A DNA stretch of 64,000 bases from Chara braunii (Eukaryota; Plantae; Charophyceae), in assembly GCA_003427395.1 (NCBI GenBank), contig BFEA01000001.1, positions 12,198,961 through 12,262,960 on the forward strand, in the 5' to 3' direction. The position numbers were made by a program, and so were the translations under genes. The notes under the pieces were generated by a model. That model saw only the letters and a list, made by a program, of their open reading frames with translations. It ran no database searches and was not told the origin of the DNA. Shown here one piece after another: positions 39,866 through 52,688 of this stretch. How positions within the stretch are numbered: position 1 is the stretch's first letter; each line of letters opens with the position of its first letter.

Positions 39866-40068
39866 ACCTTTCTCGGCCTTTTGGCTAAGATCAAGTGTAG
39901 TATCTGTTCTGATCAGTTTAATATCTGATCCGTGGTCCATCGGACCTCATGATATTAAATTAATTTTTTTGGGCCACGGAGGGGTCGTACGAGTAAGCTT
40001 GCTTACTTGACCCCTCCAGTGTTGCCTCTGTATTGCACTGCAGCAGAGTGCGTGGGCCTCGCTGCACT
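39866..40068 (+). ncRNA. U2: U2 snRNA, near-intact copy (gene or retrocopy)
   Basis: ACCTTTCTCGGCCTTTTGGCTAAGATCAAGTGTAGTATCTGTTCT-G-ATCAGTTTAATATCTGAT, Sm site AATTTTTTTG, stem III, loop IV ATTGCACT. It is preceded directly by A18, with no USE at the expected distance. Confidence 0.85.
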
Positions 40069-40088
40069 ACTCTCGAAATGTGCAAAAC

Positions 40089-40126
40089 CTGTCTCTTATA
40101 CACATCTAGATGTGTATAAGAGACAG
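40089..40126. other. Nextera mate-pair junction adapter (two Tn5 mosaic ends), assembly artefact
   Basis: Exact CTGTCTCTTATACACATCT+AGATGTGTATAAGAGACAG. Confidence 0.98.
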
Positions 40127-41592
40127 GTATGGAATAGTCCCCTGAGGACAAACCTAAAAACTACCTTCCATCACAAAACAAAGTTTAGAATCATCTACTC
40201 CCCTGCATACTCATTTTGAAGNNNNNNNATACAATTTTATTTTTTTTTTTAAATATGTAAAACTAAATATATGCCCTTCTCGTTACAAAACAACCTCTCT
40301 ACACTTGGTAAATACTTTCGTACGACAAACCAAACCAAAACTCGATTATTCCCCCCACCTTCAAAGCAACATGAGGTACTTTTCCTTCCTACATACCACG
40401 GCTCCCGCTACATTTTATATTCCCGTCAATTTGCCCAATATGGCGAAGTTCTCCTTTGTATGATATATGGATATCTGTTGAAGTTAAAACAAAAATAAAA
40501 ATAAAAATAAAAATATTAAAAATATAAAATTATTTAAATTATTAATTATTTTTTACCTACCAATTATAATGATAACTTTAAGCTTCATGACTCTAACAAG
40601 TAGAACCACAAAAATGAATGTTCAACCACGATTTAATAATCCAGTATAAAATCCCTAAATATCCTGATTACTTACACTAGGGACTGTAAGTCCAAGACTA
40701 AGATCTTAAGATGATAAAAAAACTGTTAAATGTCAATACAACAGTACATCTCAAAAACATATAACTAAAGCAAAAGTAAAATCCCCCCCAATAAAACATA
40801 GAACTAATACACCGGAAAGCATCAAGTTAATTAACCATAACCTTTAATTACCAGGCCACCGATGCTAACCTTAACAAACTTTTCTGCTCTTTCCAAATCT
40901 TGCCCATAACACCGAAAAACGCTGAATCTGCTCCTCTGCGTCTTACCAAACTAACCATCCCTTACATGCCCAAACCAGACAGTGTAAATTCTTCTCACCT
41001 ACTAGCCATAGTTATAAGCAAGCCTCCCTCCAGTTTCCCCAAACTAACCTTTTTGGTATACATGCCCAAACGAAGTGCCTGGAGGAACAAGAATGTCTTC
41101 ACAGTGAGATCTTTGTTTTGATCTCCACGGGCGTGCCACCCAACATGGAAACTTAACAATCGCGAGACCTATAAGACTCGCAACCCCCTGCAAATACCAC
41201 CCCCGCCACCACCTACCATCAAGCACCCCCACATACATAATAAAACAACAATACAACAGCACAATAAGATACACAAATATATATTTATATATATATATAT
41301 ATATATATATAAATTACACATTCAATATTACCAATTAAAAAAAAAAAACTAAAACCAATAGTTTATTTTTTAATTAAACTTTTTCAAAGAAACCCCAAAT
41401 TAACCAAAAACCCGTTTTTTTACAAAAACACTACATCCTAACCCACACATTCTTCCGTATCATTGTAAAGACACTCCATACTAACAAGACGTGCCAATCT
41501 GTCGCCTGCAGGATGAATCCGACGCCAACAAGGGATGACATCATGAGCTTGCTGAGAAAGCCCGACGATTCATCCACCTGGCACCTCCAAGC

Positions 41593-43694
41593 GTGCATGC
41601 GCAGATCGCGATGCTAGCCCTCCCGGAGCAAGTACTCAGCCAAGTACATGAAGCCAGCAACGCGCAAGCCCCGTTCCTCATCAAGAACCTACACTTCTCA
41701 GACTGGGCGATCTTGTTGCCAAATGGCAAACACTCAGAGGCGAGGAGGAACCCATCATTCAAGCTTATGCCACGGACATCGCTGCCATTCTCAAGCAAGT
41801 GGCACTGCAGAACCGTGAGATGGACAAGATTGTCGCAAAAACGGAGAAGGTCATCCTTGACATGCACAATTTCAGCTCCGCGCATCTGAACGCCACAGGT
41901 GATGTCAACACCTCAAACAACACTGATGAACATAGACTCCAAGTCATCGCACACCTCAACCCATCACAAGCCGAGAAAGATTGGTATTTGAAGAGGCGGG
42001 CGGAACGACAACAACAGGCAGCCAAGCATGCTATCGCCACACCCACCCCACGCAAAACCAACTTCTTCGGAATGGCTCCAGACGCACCATTCATACCAGT
42101 CCAAACACCCAGGTGGATTGAAAGTATCAGCAACGGATATGACAACAAGCTCTGGTTGCTAGATTCCTTGAATCACACCGCCCCCATTACCATCCAAGCG
42201 TATGCAGGACTGGCTAACTTGTCGGAAGCGGATCTTGCCGAATGCAGAGAAGAGGCCCAAAAAGCCACTATCTGCAGAACAACAATCGATGCCAACTTCC
42301 CGATTCTCGGACCACTTGACAACTCCAAAAGTCTCAACTGCCACCCACTACTCCATCAGAAGGCGGTGCAAAAACCTACTGTCGAGCTCCATGAGTTCAA
42401 GAAACTATGAAACTCCGGTAGGCCTTACCTGAAATGCAATTGCCCTATGCATGGAAGCGTGATCACATGGTTTGATCACATGCTATGGTTCTACATAGCC
42501 AACCTCGATATCTTCAAGGCTGATGTTCCCTCCGATATGATGAGGATGATGAAACTCACTGACAAACTGCAGAATGAATGGAAGAAGCCTGTCAAGTTGC
42601 AGGTCCCCTTCCTCTACATGCGCAGGCACATGATGAACCTGACGCATCTGCTTGTTGCTAACCCTCAATTCACTGCTGACCAGCTCGCGGACAGAGAACC
42701 ATACAGAGAAATGCCCTTGGCCAAGAAATTCTTGGCGACACTGCTGCCTGCTGCAAACCAGGCCCAGGACCCCTCACCATCACTCACCAAGCGCAAGAAC
42801 CACCCAACACCCGACATCATCCAACGCAGCCGCAACAGGCAACTCACCAACACACTCACCACTCCAACCCACGCCCCCGCACATACACCCACACAACCAA
42901 TGGCCCACCGCGAACCCACCCATGCACCTTCAAACACCGTCCCACTCAACAACACACACACTTACCCTGCTGCACAACCACAGCATACCACCCCCATCAT
43001 TGCACGCACACCCCCCCACGCAATGCCAAACACAGCACTCCACAACGCACGCAGAACAAAAAGAAACAACACTGCCCAAACCACCAAAAGATCACAAAAT
43101 GGAAAATGGCAGAAACGCAAAGAAAAGCTCATGGCAGCAAGAAGAGCGCAACAACAACAGCAACCAAATAACGCACAACAAGCCACACAGCAGCCACCTC
43201 TGCCAAGCCCCAACCAATACAGCACAAATTCACATCACCCAAATCAACTCGTACACATGCAAGCATCGCACCTCCAACCCCGTAGTTCCCAACAACCCAC
43301 TGCACTGCCAACACACAGTCCTCAGCAACCCATAAGTCCACAACCTCAAACATCACAACAAACTCGACACAACACCATGCGGGCCCAACATTTCCTGCAA
43401 CAGTCCTCACAACAGCACAACAACTCCCCGCACCCGCACCCACCAACGCCCGATCATCCCCTGCACCCGCACTTTCACAGAACATACCGCAGTCCACAAG
43501 CTGGCTACCCCCCATTCACCACTTCCTCGCACACCACGCCCAACAGCAGGCAAATCAATCAACACCCCCCCCTCCGCAAGGATCGCGTCGTCACAACCCA
43601 ATTGTCCTCGGCTCCCTGTCTCCAGACACCCCCCCCAGAGCACACAACGACATCAGTTTACTGCTCCAACAGTATGATGTTGAGTGCTCTCTAA
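41593..43694 (+). pseudogene. Disrupted ORF of unknown family, probably transposon-borne
   Basis: ORFs 41799-42410 and 42447-43694 are in the same frame, separated by one TGA (FKKL*NSGRPYLKCNCPMHG). An upstream frameshifted part starts about 41.5 kb. P/Q/H/T-rich tail. Confidence 0.5.
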
Positions 43695-46593
43695 TTGACA
43701 CAAACCTCGACGACAGCTACTCGACTGATGTAGTCCATGAAACCGCGGCGCCACAGATCATTAACCAAAATGCCAAGAGAAATCTCGCCAACGATTACAA
43801 TCGCAACCCACTGTCACTCACTGATCTCTGACCTACGCAGAGAGCTATTGCTCCTGACACAGTTAATGGCTCCAGGAGACTACATAAGACGTCATGACAA
43901 ATATCCAGGAAGACAAATTTCTTCTACGGCTGCATGGGACGTGAGAGTGCAGAGAATGAAGACCAGGCGGCAGCAGCAGCAGCTGCAACAAGCAAGAGAA
44001 TCCCCCAACCGGCGAACACTCCCATGACTCATAGTAGATCTTTTTTAGGACTATTGGGTCTTCTACCACTGCAACTTCCATAAGAATTAGTGACTCTCAG
44101 ATTTCATGCGACGATTCAGGCCAGCAACAAAGATAGTTAGACACAACCTTGTTACATTATAGGATACAAACTGAGCTAGCCCCCACCGCAGGACGAACAT
44201 ATTTAGCAACTTTCAGGGATACGCAGCAGTTACAGCCTAGACACAACAATCCACATAAAATAGCAACACCCCCATGCTACTATAAAATACCAACATGAGT
44301 ACATTGTCTAGTAGGAATGACACTCATAGCAGCTACGGTCTCACTCCCCCCTCCCTGATCCTTTTTGTCATCCCTGAGCAAGAATGGTCCCCCTCGGATA
44401 CCAAACTGCGTATAACGGTATACAGTAGAATAGACTTTAGTCCTTGAGCTTATATATCCTTCCAATATTCTTTATTTATTATTATTATTATAAGTGTATA
44501 TGCAGTTTGGGGTATGAATAATCGCCACCTGGTAAATCATTACCATAAGGCTGGCTTAGTCGAAGATTATTTATTTTCTCAGGAATCGGCATAATAGACG
44601 CCGAATTTGAGTACACCCTGAGGAAGCTTCTGCCCCCAAAGTGACATGCGAGGATTTAGTCTCGAAATTTCATGTAATTTTGTGGAAGGTTGTGGGGGAA
44701 ATTAATAAACAGGGACCTTGTTCGCCATTATATTCAGTAAATTGGTGGCAACTTTAATTGGGCCCTAAAATCTTAAAAAACACTTAAAAAAAAAATCTAT
44801 AAAAAATAAAAAATGTTGTTTAGAATTGCAGCGCAAACAACCTTTTTTTCTTTTCTTTTTTTTTAATAGAAGGAGATCAATTTTTATTAATATCAAAGTC
44901 GGGAAGCGGGTCCGGCGTCCCTTACAAAAGTCGCCGCAACCCTGAGCTGAGCGAGACTCTCCAGTGGTGCCAGCCAAAAGAAAACAAAAATGTCGCGCTG
45001 GCGCTTCAGCACCCATTGGCGCGCAGCGCGACTCCGCCTCGGCAAAACGAGAGGTGGTGATAGTTTAAACCATAAATCCTTTTCCAAGCCATTTTGTTCC
45101 AATGCAAAGCGCAGTGCGTCCTTCAGGGCTCGGCCTACCCAACCAAAATGGCAGGCGGTGCCAAGCTAGAAAATAAAAGAAACATGCCTTGGCCGGTTTA
45201 TATTTCAGCGTGCTCAGCAGAAATCTGCACGGACGAAAAAAGGCTTGTAAGTACAGTGATGGTTTAAACCACCAGTACACCCGGGCCTCTTTTCCCGAAC
45301 CGCCAGTGGCATACTTTCCCAATTGCCAGCACGACACTTCTTTTCTTTTTTGGCTGGCGGCGCCAACCGTTGGGGTCGGTAGGCCCTAGCCGCAAAAACA
45401 ATCTTGTGGCGACAAGATGTTTTGCTGCAAGGCTGGGGCCGTGTACTTGCACTTTAAGCATGCAAATATCAACAACACATGGCTGTATTTGGACTCTCTC
45501 ACAACAGGACAAACTCGTCGGTGCAGTTTCTGAACAGAGTCTGGTATTTGCCTGTGAGAATCAGCTGGGCAGCTACAGAGAGGAATCAATGGACTCGACA
45601 AAGCATGTCTGTAGCAACAGGTGTTGGAACAGACATGCTTTGACAAGCGAAGAGAGTGGGGAAAAAGTTGCATGCTTAGGATATGAGCCCTCTGCTCGCC
45701 GCAGAGGCTACCAAATGCCCCCCTGTTTTTCCAAATATAGATCATACAGGTCCAAGAAATATGAAAACATGCCACTTCTATTTTCAGACCTGTCATCGCT
45801 CCGGCTCTCCCAGTAAATCTAACAAGGTCGTCGCCCTTGGCTCGCAGCAGAGGCTACCAAATGCCCCTCTGTTTTTCCACAGATAGACCATAGTGCTTGT
45901 GTTACGATCTGTCGAGGTGCTTCTCTCACAGGACTGACAAAAGAGTTGAAGGAGAGGTTGCCAGTCTGGGCCAAGATGAAGAAAGATGGAAAAGGGCAGC
46001 TAGTATTGTTAGATGTAGAGGTTTTCAGAAGCACAGTAGGGGCCCTTATAGACAGTGGGGCCACCCGTAGCTACATTAGTCGTAGAGCACTAAAGAAGCT
46101 AAAGCTGAATTTGAAAGTCCAAAAGCTAAATCAGTCCATAGTCAGTATCCCCGCAGACAATCGCACGATGTGAATAGAGAATTATGTTGAGGGAGTCCAG
46201 GTGTACTTTCGCCTAGAGAAAGATGAAAAGGTAAAGAGAGTTCTTCATTCCCTGACTCTCCTCGTTCGAGGACAATCTTCCGTTTGATATGGCCCTGGGA
46301 ATGGACTGGGGAGAGGCAGCAGGAGCCACACTACATCTAAGAGATCATGAGTGTAGGCTTCCTAGTCCATCAGGTGGTGTTAAGACGGCCCGCTTGTTCC
46401 ATGTGTCAGGAGTAGATAACTCCTTGGCACATTGTTGTCTCAGTGCTCCCTCGTTCACGTGATTAGTAAGGAAAAAACATTTAGAAGAGTTGGTCTTTAT
46501 GACCTATGTTAGGCCAGTCACTGAGTCTAAGAAAGAGGAACCCACCAACCCACTTATTGCCAAGTTGTTAAAAGAGTATGCAAATTATCAGAG

Positions 46594-47686
46594 CAGTGCC
46601 TGCCCCGTGAACGTGACCGGCACCGGTCACCTGTCCGTGACTGACCGGTCACCAGACCTAAAATCCGTGAACGGCCGTTCACGGTTTTTCCACCCACGGG
46701 GACGGCAGTACGGTCGGGATGGGGCCGGGAGGGGGGTGGTGCGGGACCCTTCTACACCCCCGTACCTTCAAATCATAAAAAAAAAAAAAAAAAAAAAANN
46801 NNNNNNNNNNNNNNNNNNNNNNNNNNNNNNNNNNNNNNNNNNNNNNNNNNNNNNNNNNNNNNNNNNNNNNNNNNNNNNNNNNNNNNNNNNNNNNNNNNNN
46901 NNNNNNNNNNNNNNNNNNNNNNNNNNNNNNNNNNNNNNNNNNNNNNNNNNNNNNNNNNNNNNNNNNNNNNNNNNNNNNNNNNNNNNNNNNNNNNNNNNNN
47001 NNNNNNNNNNNNNNNNNNNNNNNNNNNNNNNNNNNNNNNNNNNNNNNNNNNNNNNNNNNNNNNNNNNNNNNNNNNNNNNNNNNNNNNNNNNNNNNNNNNN
47101 NNNNNNNNNNNNNNNNNNNNNNNNNNNNNNNNNNNNNNNNNNNNNNNNNNNNNNNNNNNNNNNNNNNNNNNNNNNNNNNNNNNNNNNNNNNNNNNNNNNN
47201 NNNNNNNNNNNNNNNNNNNNNNNNNNNNNNNNNNNNNNNNNNNNNNNNNNNNNNNNNNNNNNNNNNNNNNNNNNNNNNNNNNNNNNNNNNNNNNNNNNNN
47301 NNNNNNNNNNNNNNNNNNNNNNNNNNNNNNNNNNNNNNNNNNNNNNNNNNNNNNNNNNNNNNNNNNNNNNNNNNNNNNNNNNNNNNNNNNNNNNNNNNNN
47401 NNNNNNNNNNNNNNNNNNNNNNNNNNNNNNNNNNNNNNNNNNNNNNNNNNNNNNNNNNNNNNNNNNNNNNNNNNNNNNNNNNNNNNNNNNNNNNNNNNNN
47501 NNNNNNNNNNNNNNNNNNNNNNNNNNNNNNNNNNNNNNNNNNNNNNNNNNNNNNNNNNNNNNNNNNNNNNNNNNNNNNNNNNNNNNCTGCGTGAACTCCG
47601 TGAACTACGACCGGTCACGTTTTTCGTGACCGGTGGCCGGCCCGCGTTCACCAACCCCGTGAACGGTGAACGGGGTAATGGCACTG
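46594..47686. mobile_element. hAT-type non-autonomous DNA transposon inserted in pol
   Basis: Termini CAGTGCC...GGCACTG, perfect 8-bp TSD TATCAGAG (46586-46593, 47687-47694), subterminal GTGAAC/GACCGG motifs. Interior is mostly a gap. Confidence 0.85.
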
Positions 47687-48000
47687 TATCAGAGGCTCCT
47701 TCATGAGCAATTCCACATCCTATCCAGCACCGCATTGAGACTGAACCTGGCAGTAAGACCCCCAAAGGAGCAGTTTATATGATGTCTCCCAAGAAGTTGG
47801 AGGAGTTGCACAAACAACTAGACAAGCTCATAAGGAAGGGTTGGATTAGGTCCAACGCCCTTACAGTAAAGAATACAGAAACATTGCCCGTATAGATGAT
47901 CTGTTGGATCGAGTGCAGGGCTGCAAGTACTTCTCAAAGATAGATTAGAAATTAGGGTACCATCAGATTGAGGTCCACCCCGATGATCAGTATAAAATGG

Positions 48001-48403
48001 TGTTTACTGAGCCTGTCTCCTGAATAGTGGGGGTAGATAATAGAGGGAATAAAAGATTGTACATTAATAGGAGGAAGATAGACTCTACACCTGCCCAAGG
48101 GGGGATCGGTCAAGGGGATCTGCTATGTCAAGGGTTGGGGGACAAAGCTGCTTAGAGTGTGCCTGATTAGCACCCAATTGGAGGTTGAATCTGTAGGGAT
48201 AGAAATCCGATCTCTAGTGGCAAGCTGGTAGGTGTAGGCAGGGCTACGACTTGCGATAGGACTTAGGGTTTCAAGCCAGTTCAGAAAAGCCAAGTAGTGG
48301 GTCATTCCGAACCTCGAGTGATTGAACCTCGGAGAGCACTCATGCGCCTGATATCCCGCCTCTACAACCTGGGCGTTTGAAAAAAAAAAAAAAAAAAAAA
48401 AAA
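48001..48403 (+). mobile_element. Poly(A)-tailed non-LTR insertion within RT
   Basis: Interrupts RT between QYK and TAFRTRY. Ends in about 24 A. Near-TSD AAAATGG/AAAACGG. Confidence 0.7.
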
Positions 48404-48999
48404 CGGCATTTAGGACTAGGTACAGGCACTTAGTTTATAGTCATGCCCTTTGGACTAACCAGCGCACAGGCACTTAGTTTATAGTCATGCCCTTTGGACT
48501 AACCAACGCACCGGCCACATTTTAGCACTATATGAATGAATTGTTCAGGTCGTGGTTGGATAGATTGGTAGTCGTCTACTTAGACAATATTTTGATTTTT
48601 AGCAAGACCCTCCAGGAGCACGAGGCTCATCTAAGGCAGATCTTGGAAAAGAAGTGCGAGTGGGCCAACACAGAGATTTTGTACTTGGGCCACGTTATAG
48701 ATGGAGACGACATAAAACCTGCGGACAACAAGATTGCAACGATCACAGACTGGCCAACTCCTCATACACTCACAGAGTTGAGGTAATTTTTAGGATTGGC
48801 TAACTATTTTAGGAAGTTCGTAAGAAACTTCTCTGCAATCGTTGCTCCCCTTCAAAGATTGTTAAAGAAGGAGGGGAAGTGGGATCAGGACTGCACGTCG
48901 ACCCTGAAAAAGCTAAAACGGGCCTTGATAGAGTATCCTATCCTCAAGGTAGTTGACTCATCCTTACCTTTTGTTGTCACCACTAATGTAAGTCAGTAC

Positions 49000-50772
49000 C
49001 AGGGCTGGGCCGGCAACCGGCCGGTCGAGCTTGCCCGGTCCAACCGGGGCCGGACCGGCCAAGAGTGGGTCAACCGACAAACTGGTTGGTTAAAAAAAAT
49101 GGTTTGTTTGTTTGTTTGTTTNNNNNNNNNNNNNNNNNNNNNNNNNNNNNNNNNNNNNNNNNNNNNNNNNNNNNNNNNNNNNNNNNNNNNNNNNNNNNNN
49201 NNNNNNNNNNNNNNNNNNNNNNNNNNNNNNNNNNNNNNNNNNNNNNNNNNNNNNNNNNNNNNNNNNNNNNNNNNNNNNNNNNNNNNNNNNNNNNNNNNNN
49301 NNNNNNNNNNNNNNNNNNNNNNNNNNNNNNNNNNNNNNNNNNNNNNNNNNNNNNNNNNNNNNNNNNNNNNNNNNNNNNNNNNNNNNNNNNNNNNNNNNNN
49401 NNNNNNNNNNNNNNNNNNNNNNNNNNNNNNNNNNNNNNNNNNNNNNNNNNNNNNNNNNNNNNNNNNNNNNNNNNNNNNNNNNNNNNNNNNNNNNNNNNNN
49501 NNNNNNNNNNNNNAGGGAAAAAACGACTGTGGCTAACAGAGAGGATGAGAAGCGGAGGAAGAAAAAGAGTAGGAGGAGATGAAGATCAGAAGAGGAGTGG
49601 AAGAAGAACAAGAAGCACGGGAGGAGGAGAAGGAGAAGGAGAAGAAGAAGTAAGTGGAAAAAGCACAAGAAGAAGAAGAGAAAGAAAAGAAAAACTTGAA
49701 AGAAAACAACGGAAGAGGAAGGACAAAAGGAGGAGGAGAAGTAAAGAAGGAGAAGGAAAAAAAAAAAAGAGAAGATCGTTGGAGAGGGGGTTGAGGATGA
49801 TGGACGACCAGCGGGGTCGTCGTGGGAGGGAAGAGAAGATCTGGAAGAAGACAAAGAAGGCAAAGCGAAGGAGGAGGAGAGGACGAAGAACGCGAAGAAA
49901 AGGAGGGGAGAGGACAAAGAAGACGAAGAGGACGAAGGGAGGAAGAAGAGAGGAGGGAGGAGACGAAGAAGAGGAGGGGGGGAACAAAAGAGTGAAAGAA
50001 GTCGAAGAAGAAGAAGAAGAGGAGGGGGGGGAACAGAAGAGTGAAAGAAGTCAAAGAAGGAGAAGAAGAGGAGGAGGAGGAGAAGAGAAGCAGACCAGGA
50101 GTCGAAGAATAGACGAAGACGACGAGAGGGAGAAGAAGAAGAAGGACACGAAGATGAGCAGACATCAAAGAAGTTGAACGACGAAGAAAAAGTACAAAGA
50201 AGAAGAAAATGACGACGAAGAAGAAGAAAAAGGACAGGGGGGCACAAACCTTCTTCACAGGGGGCGCTGGCGTGGCTTGTTTGCGGGGGGCTTGATGGTA
50301 AGGTTGGCTGGCAGTTGATGGCTGGCGGGGTGCTTGATGGCAAAGCTGGCTGGTGCAGGTTGATGGTCATGGCGATGGCGGGGGAAAGCACATTGCGTGG
50401 AGGGGCATCGTCGTCTGCAAGGGGTGAACAAGGGTTGGACGCGGGATGCATTTTCCCCCGCCGCGCGTTTGCACCATTGCGCGGTTCCCGCCCAAACGGG
50501 TTCAAAAATGCGGTCGATCTTTGCCGCTGATGTGTGATGATCGGCGGCCAAGATCGGCCGCTATTCGGACTCACAGGAAACAGGCCTGCAGGACCCGGTT
50601 TTGGAATTGCGGGGCAGGGCCTACCTACAAAAGGTCTCCGCCGCGCCGCCACATTTTTGTTTTCAACCCCCAGCAAAAATGTGTGGGGGTCGACTGGGAG
50701 GGAACCGGCCGGTCCAACCGGGAGGGCCCCGGTCGGGGGAGGGGGCCCCGGTCCATCCGAGGACCAGCCCTG
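49000..50772. mobile_element. hAT-type non-autonomous DNA transposon inserted in RNase H
   Basis: Termini CAGGGCTGG...CCAGCCCTG, perfect 8-bp TSD GTCAGTAC (48992-48999, 50773-50780), ACCGG subterminal motifs, GA-rich low-complexity interior. Confidence 0.88.
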
Positions 50773-52688
50773 GTCAGTACGGTATTGGTGTTGTTTTACA
50801 GCAAGATGATGGCAATGGGTACAGACCCGTAGAGTTCATGTATGCTAGGCTACCTTCAGAGAAGGTAGCAATATCCACCTATGAGAGAGAACTCTACGCT
50901 CTCAGGCAAGCATTAGACCATAGGAGACACTACTTGCTTGGGAAGCACTTCAAAGTTTATTCAGACCACGAGCCATTGAGGTGGCTGAAGACACAGGCCA
51001 AGATGACACCTAAGCTTACTAGGTGGGCCGCAAAGATATACCAGTTTGACTTCGAGCTCAAGCCAGTCAAAGGGAAGTATGATGTGGTTGCAAATGCCCT
51101 TAGTAGGAGAGCCGACTACTTTGGAGCTATAGTCCATTATCAGGATATAGGGTCAGACTTACACCACAGAGTCATAGATGCGTACGCGCAGGACCCTATC
51201 TATAGTGACCTCCTCAAGAGAGTCAACTTGAAGGAGGACCCAGACAGTGAACCTGATTACCGCACCACTAATGGTTTATTGTTTGAGAAGATATACGTCG
51301 TAGATCGGCTATGAATTCCCAACAGCGAAAAGATCTGCAGTCTGATCTTAGGGGAATGTCACGACACAAAAGGACATTTGGACTGGCAAAAGACATTGGC
51401 CAACCTGACACGTGCCTATACGTGGCCCGGCATGAAAGCTGATCGCATAGAGTACATGCATAGTTGCAAGGTATGTCAGCGCTATAAAACTACGCCACAA
51501 GCCCCATTGGATCTTCTCAGACCCTTGCCTATCCGATTAGGACCCGGAGACGCTGTGTCCATTGACTTTATGGATGTTGGGGTCAGGAGTAGGCATAGCA
51601 AGGGCCAAGTCGTGGTCATCGTAGACCGTTTTAGCGAATATGCAGTCTTTATTCCTTTGCCGTCTGAGGCACGCACAAAGTTAGTCATAGAGAAGTTTTT
51701 GATGCCTGGGTAAGTGAGCACGGTATTCCAATGTCCATAGTAGTGATAGAGCCATGCGGTTTACTAGTCAGCATTGGCAGGAGCTTATGAAAGTCTATGG
51801 CCCAAAGCTGTTAATATCATCCGGCCGCCATCCACAGACTAACGGCCAGACTGAGCAAATGAATAAGATCCTGCAGCAGATACTCAGGATGTACATTAGA
51901 CCCGATCAAATTGACTGGGATGAGATGCTCCCTAAAAGGAAGTCAGCGCCTACAACAACAATGTTCACTTAGCTACCTGCAGGACTCCTAATGAATTGCA
52001 CAAGTCCTTTAGACCACGCAGGCCGTTTGAAGGACTGGATCGTGACCAGATACATAGACTGTCACCCGGAGTTAAAGAGTTTGCGCTGCAGCATGAGAGA
52101 GAAATCACAAAGGGTGACTGAGAATCTGAGGAAAGCTCAGCACAAGATGATAGAGCAAGCGAATAAGCATCGTCGCCCATCGCAGTTCCAGGTAGGTGAT
52201 TTAGTCTGGGTCAAGTCAAAGGAGTTCGCCCCAGAAGAGAACATCTAACAAAAGCTGTTACCCGCGTATAGGGGACCGTGGCCTTTCCTAGAAGTAAAAG
52301 GCGGAGAGGACAGACCTTCTTACACGATTGAGAGACCAGCACACCTCCATACATATCCAGTCTTCCACGCATCAAAGTTGCTGCCTTGTATCACCAGCCA
52401 GCAGTTCCCATCATGTCGGTCAATGATTCCGCCCGACATGGATGGCGCGTATGATATAGACCGCATTGTGGAAGAGGATGTGTTTAGGACCGGAGGTAGA
52501 AGTCATCCGCAGAAACGATACAGAGTCAGGTTCGCTTATCAGGAACCCAAGGACGACCGCTGGTTGACAAGAACAGAGCTTCTAGAAACCGCTCCCAACA
52601 TAGGGCACGCCTACGATAGAGAAAGGAAAGATAAAGGTCCTGCCTTGCATTGAAGTATTCTCAGACCTCGAATTTAGGCCAGCGGGAG

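Noticed and set aside
40089-40126. Perfect 38-bp palindrome as a natural transposon end
   Set aside because: Exact match to the synthetic Nextera junction adapter.
44618-44680. CTGAGGA...CGAAA hammerhead-like stretch
   Set aside because: Core spacing and stems do not assemble into a valid fold.
45357-45378. tRNA-Lys-like PBS upstream of the gypsy element
   Set aside because: Several mismatches, no TGG start or preceding CA, and it lies outside the apparent TSD.
49065-50676. Long R/K/E-rich and S/F/L-rich ORFs
   Set aside because: Translations of GA-rich low-complexity DNA and N gaps inside a hAT-type insertion.
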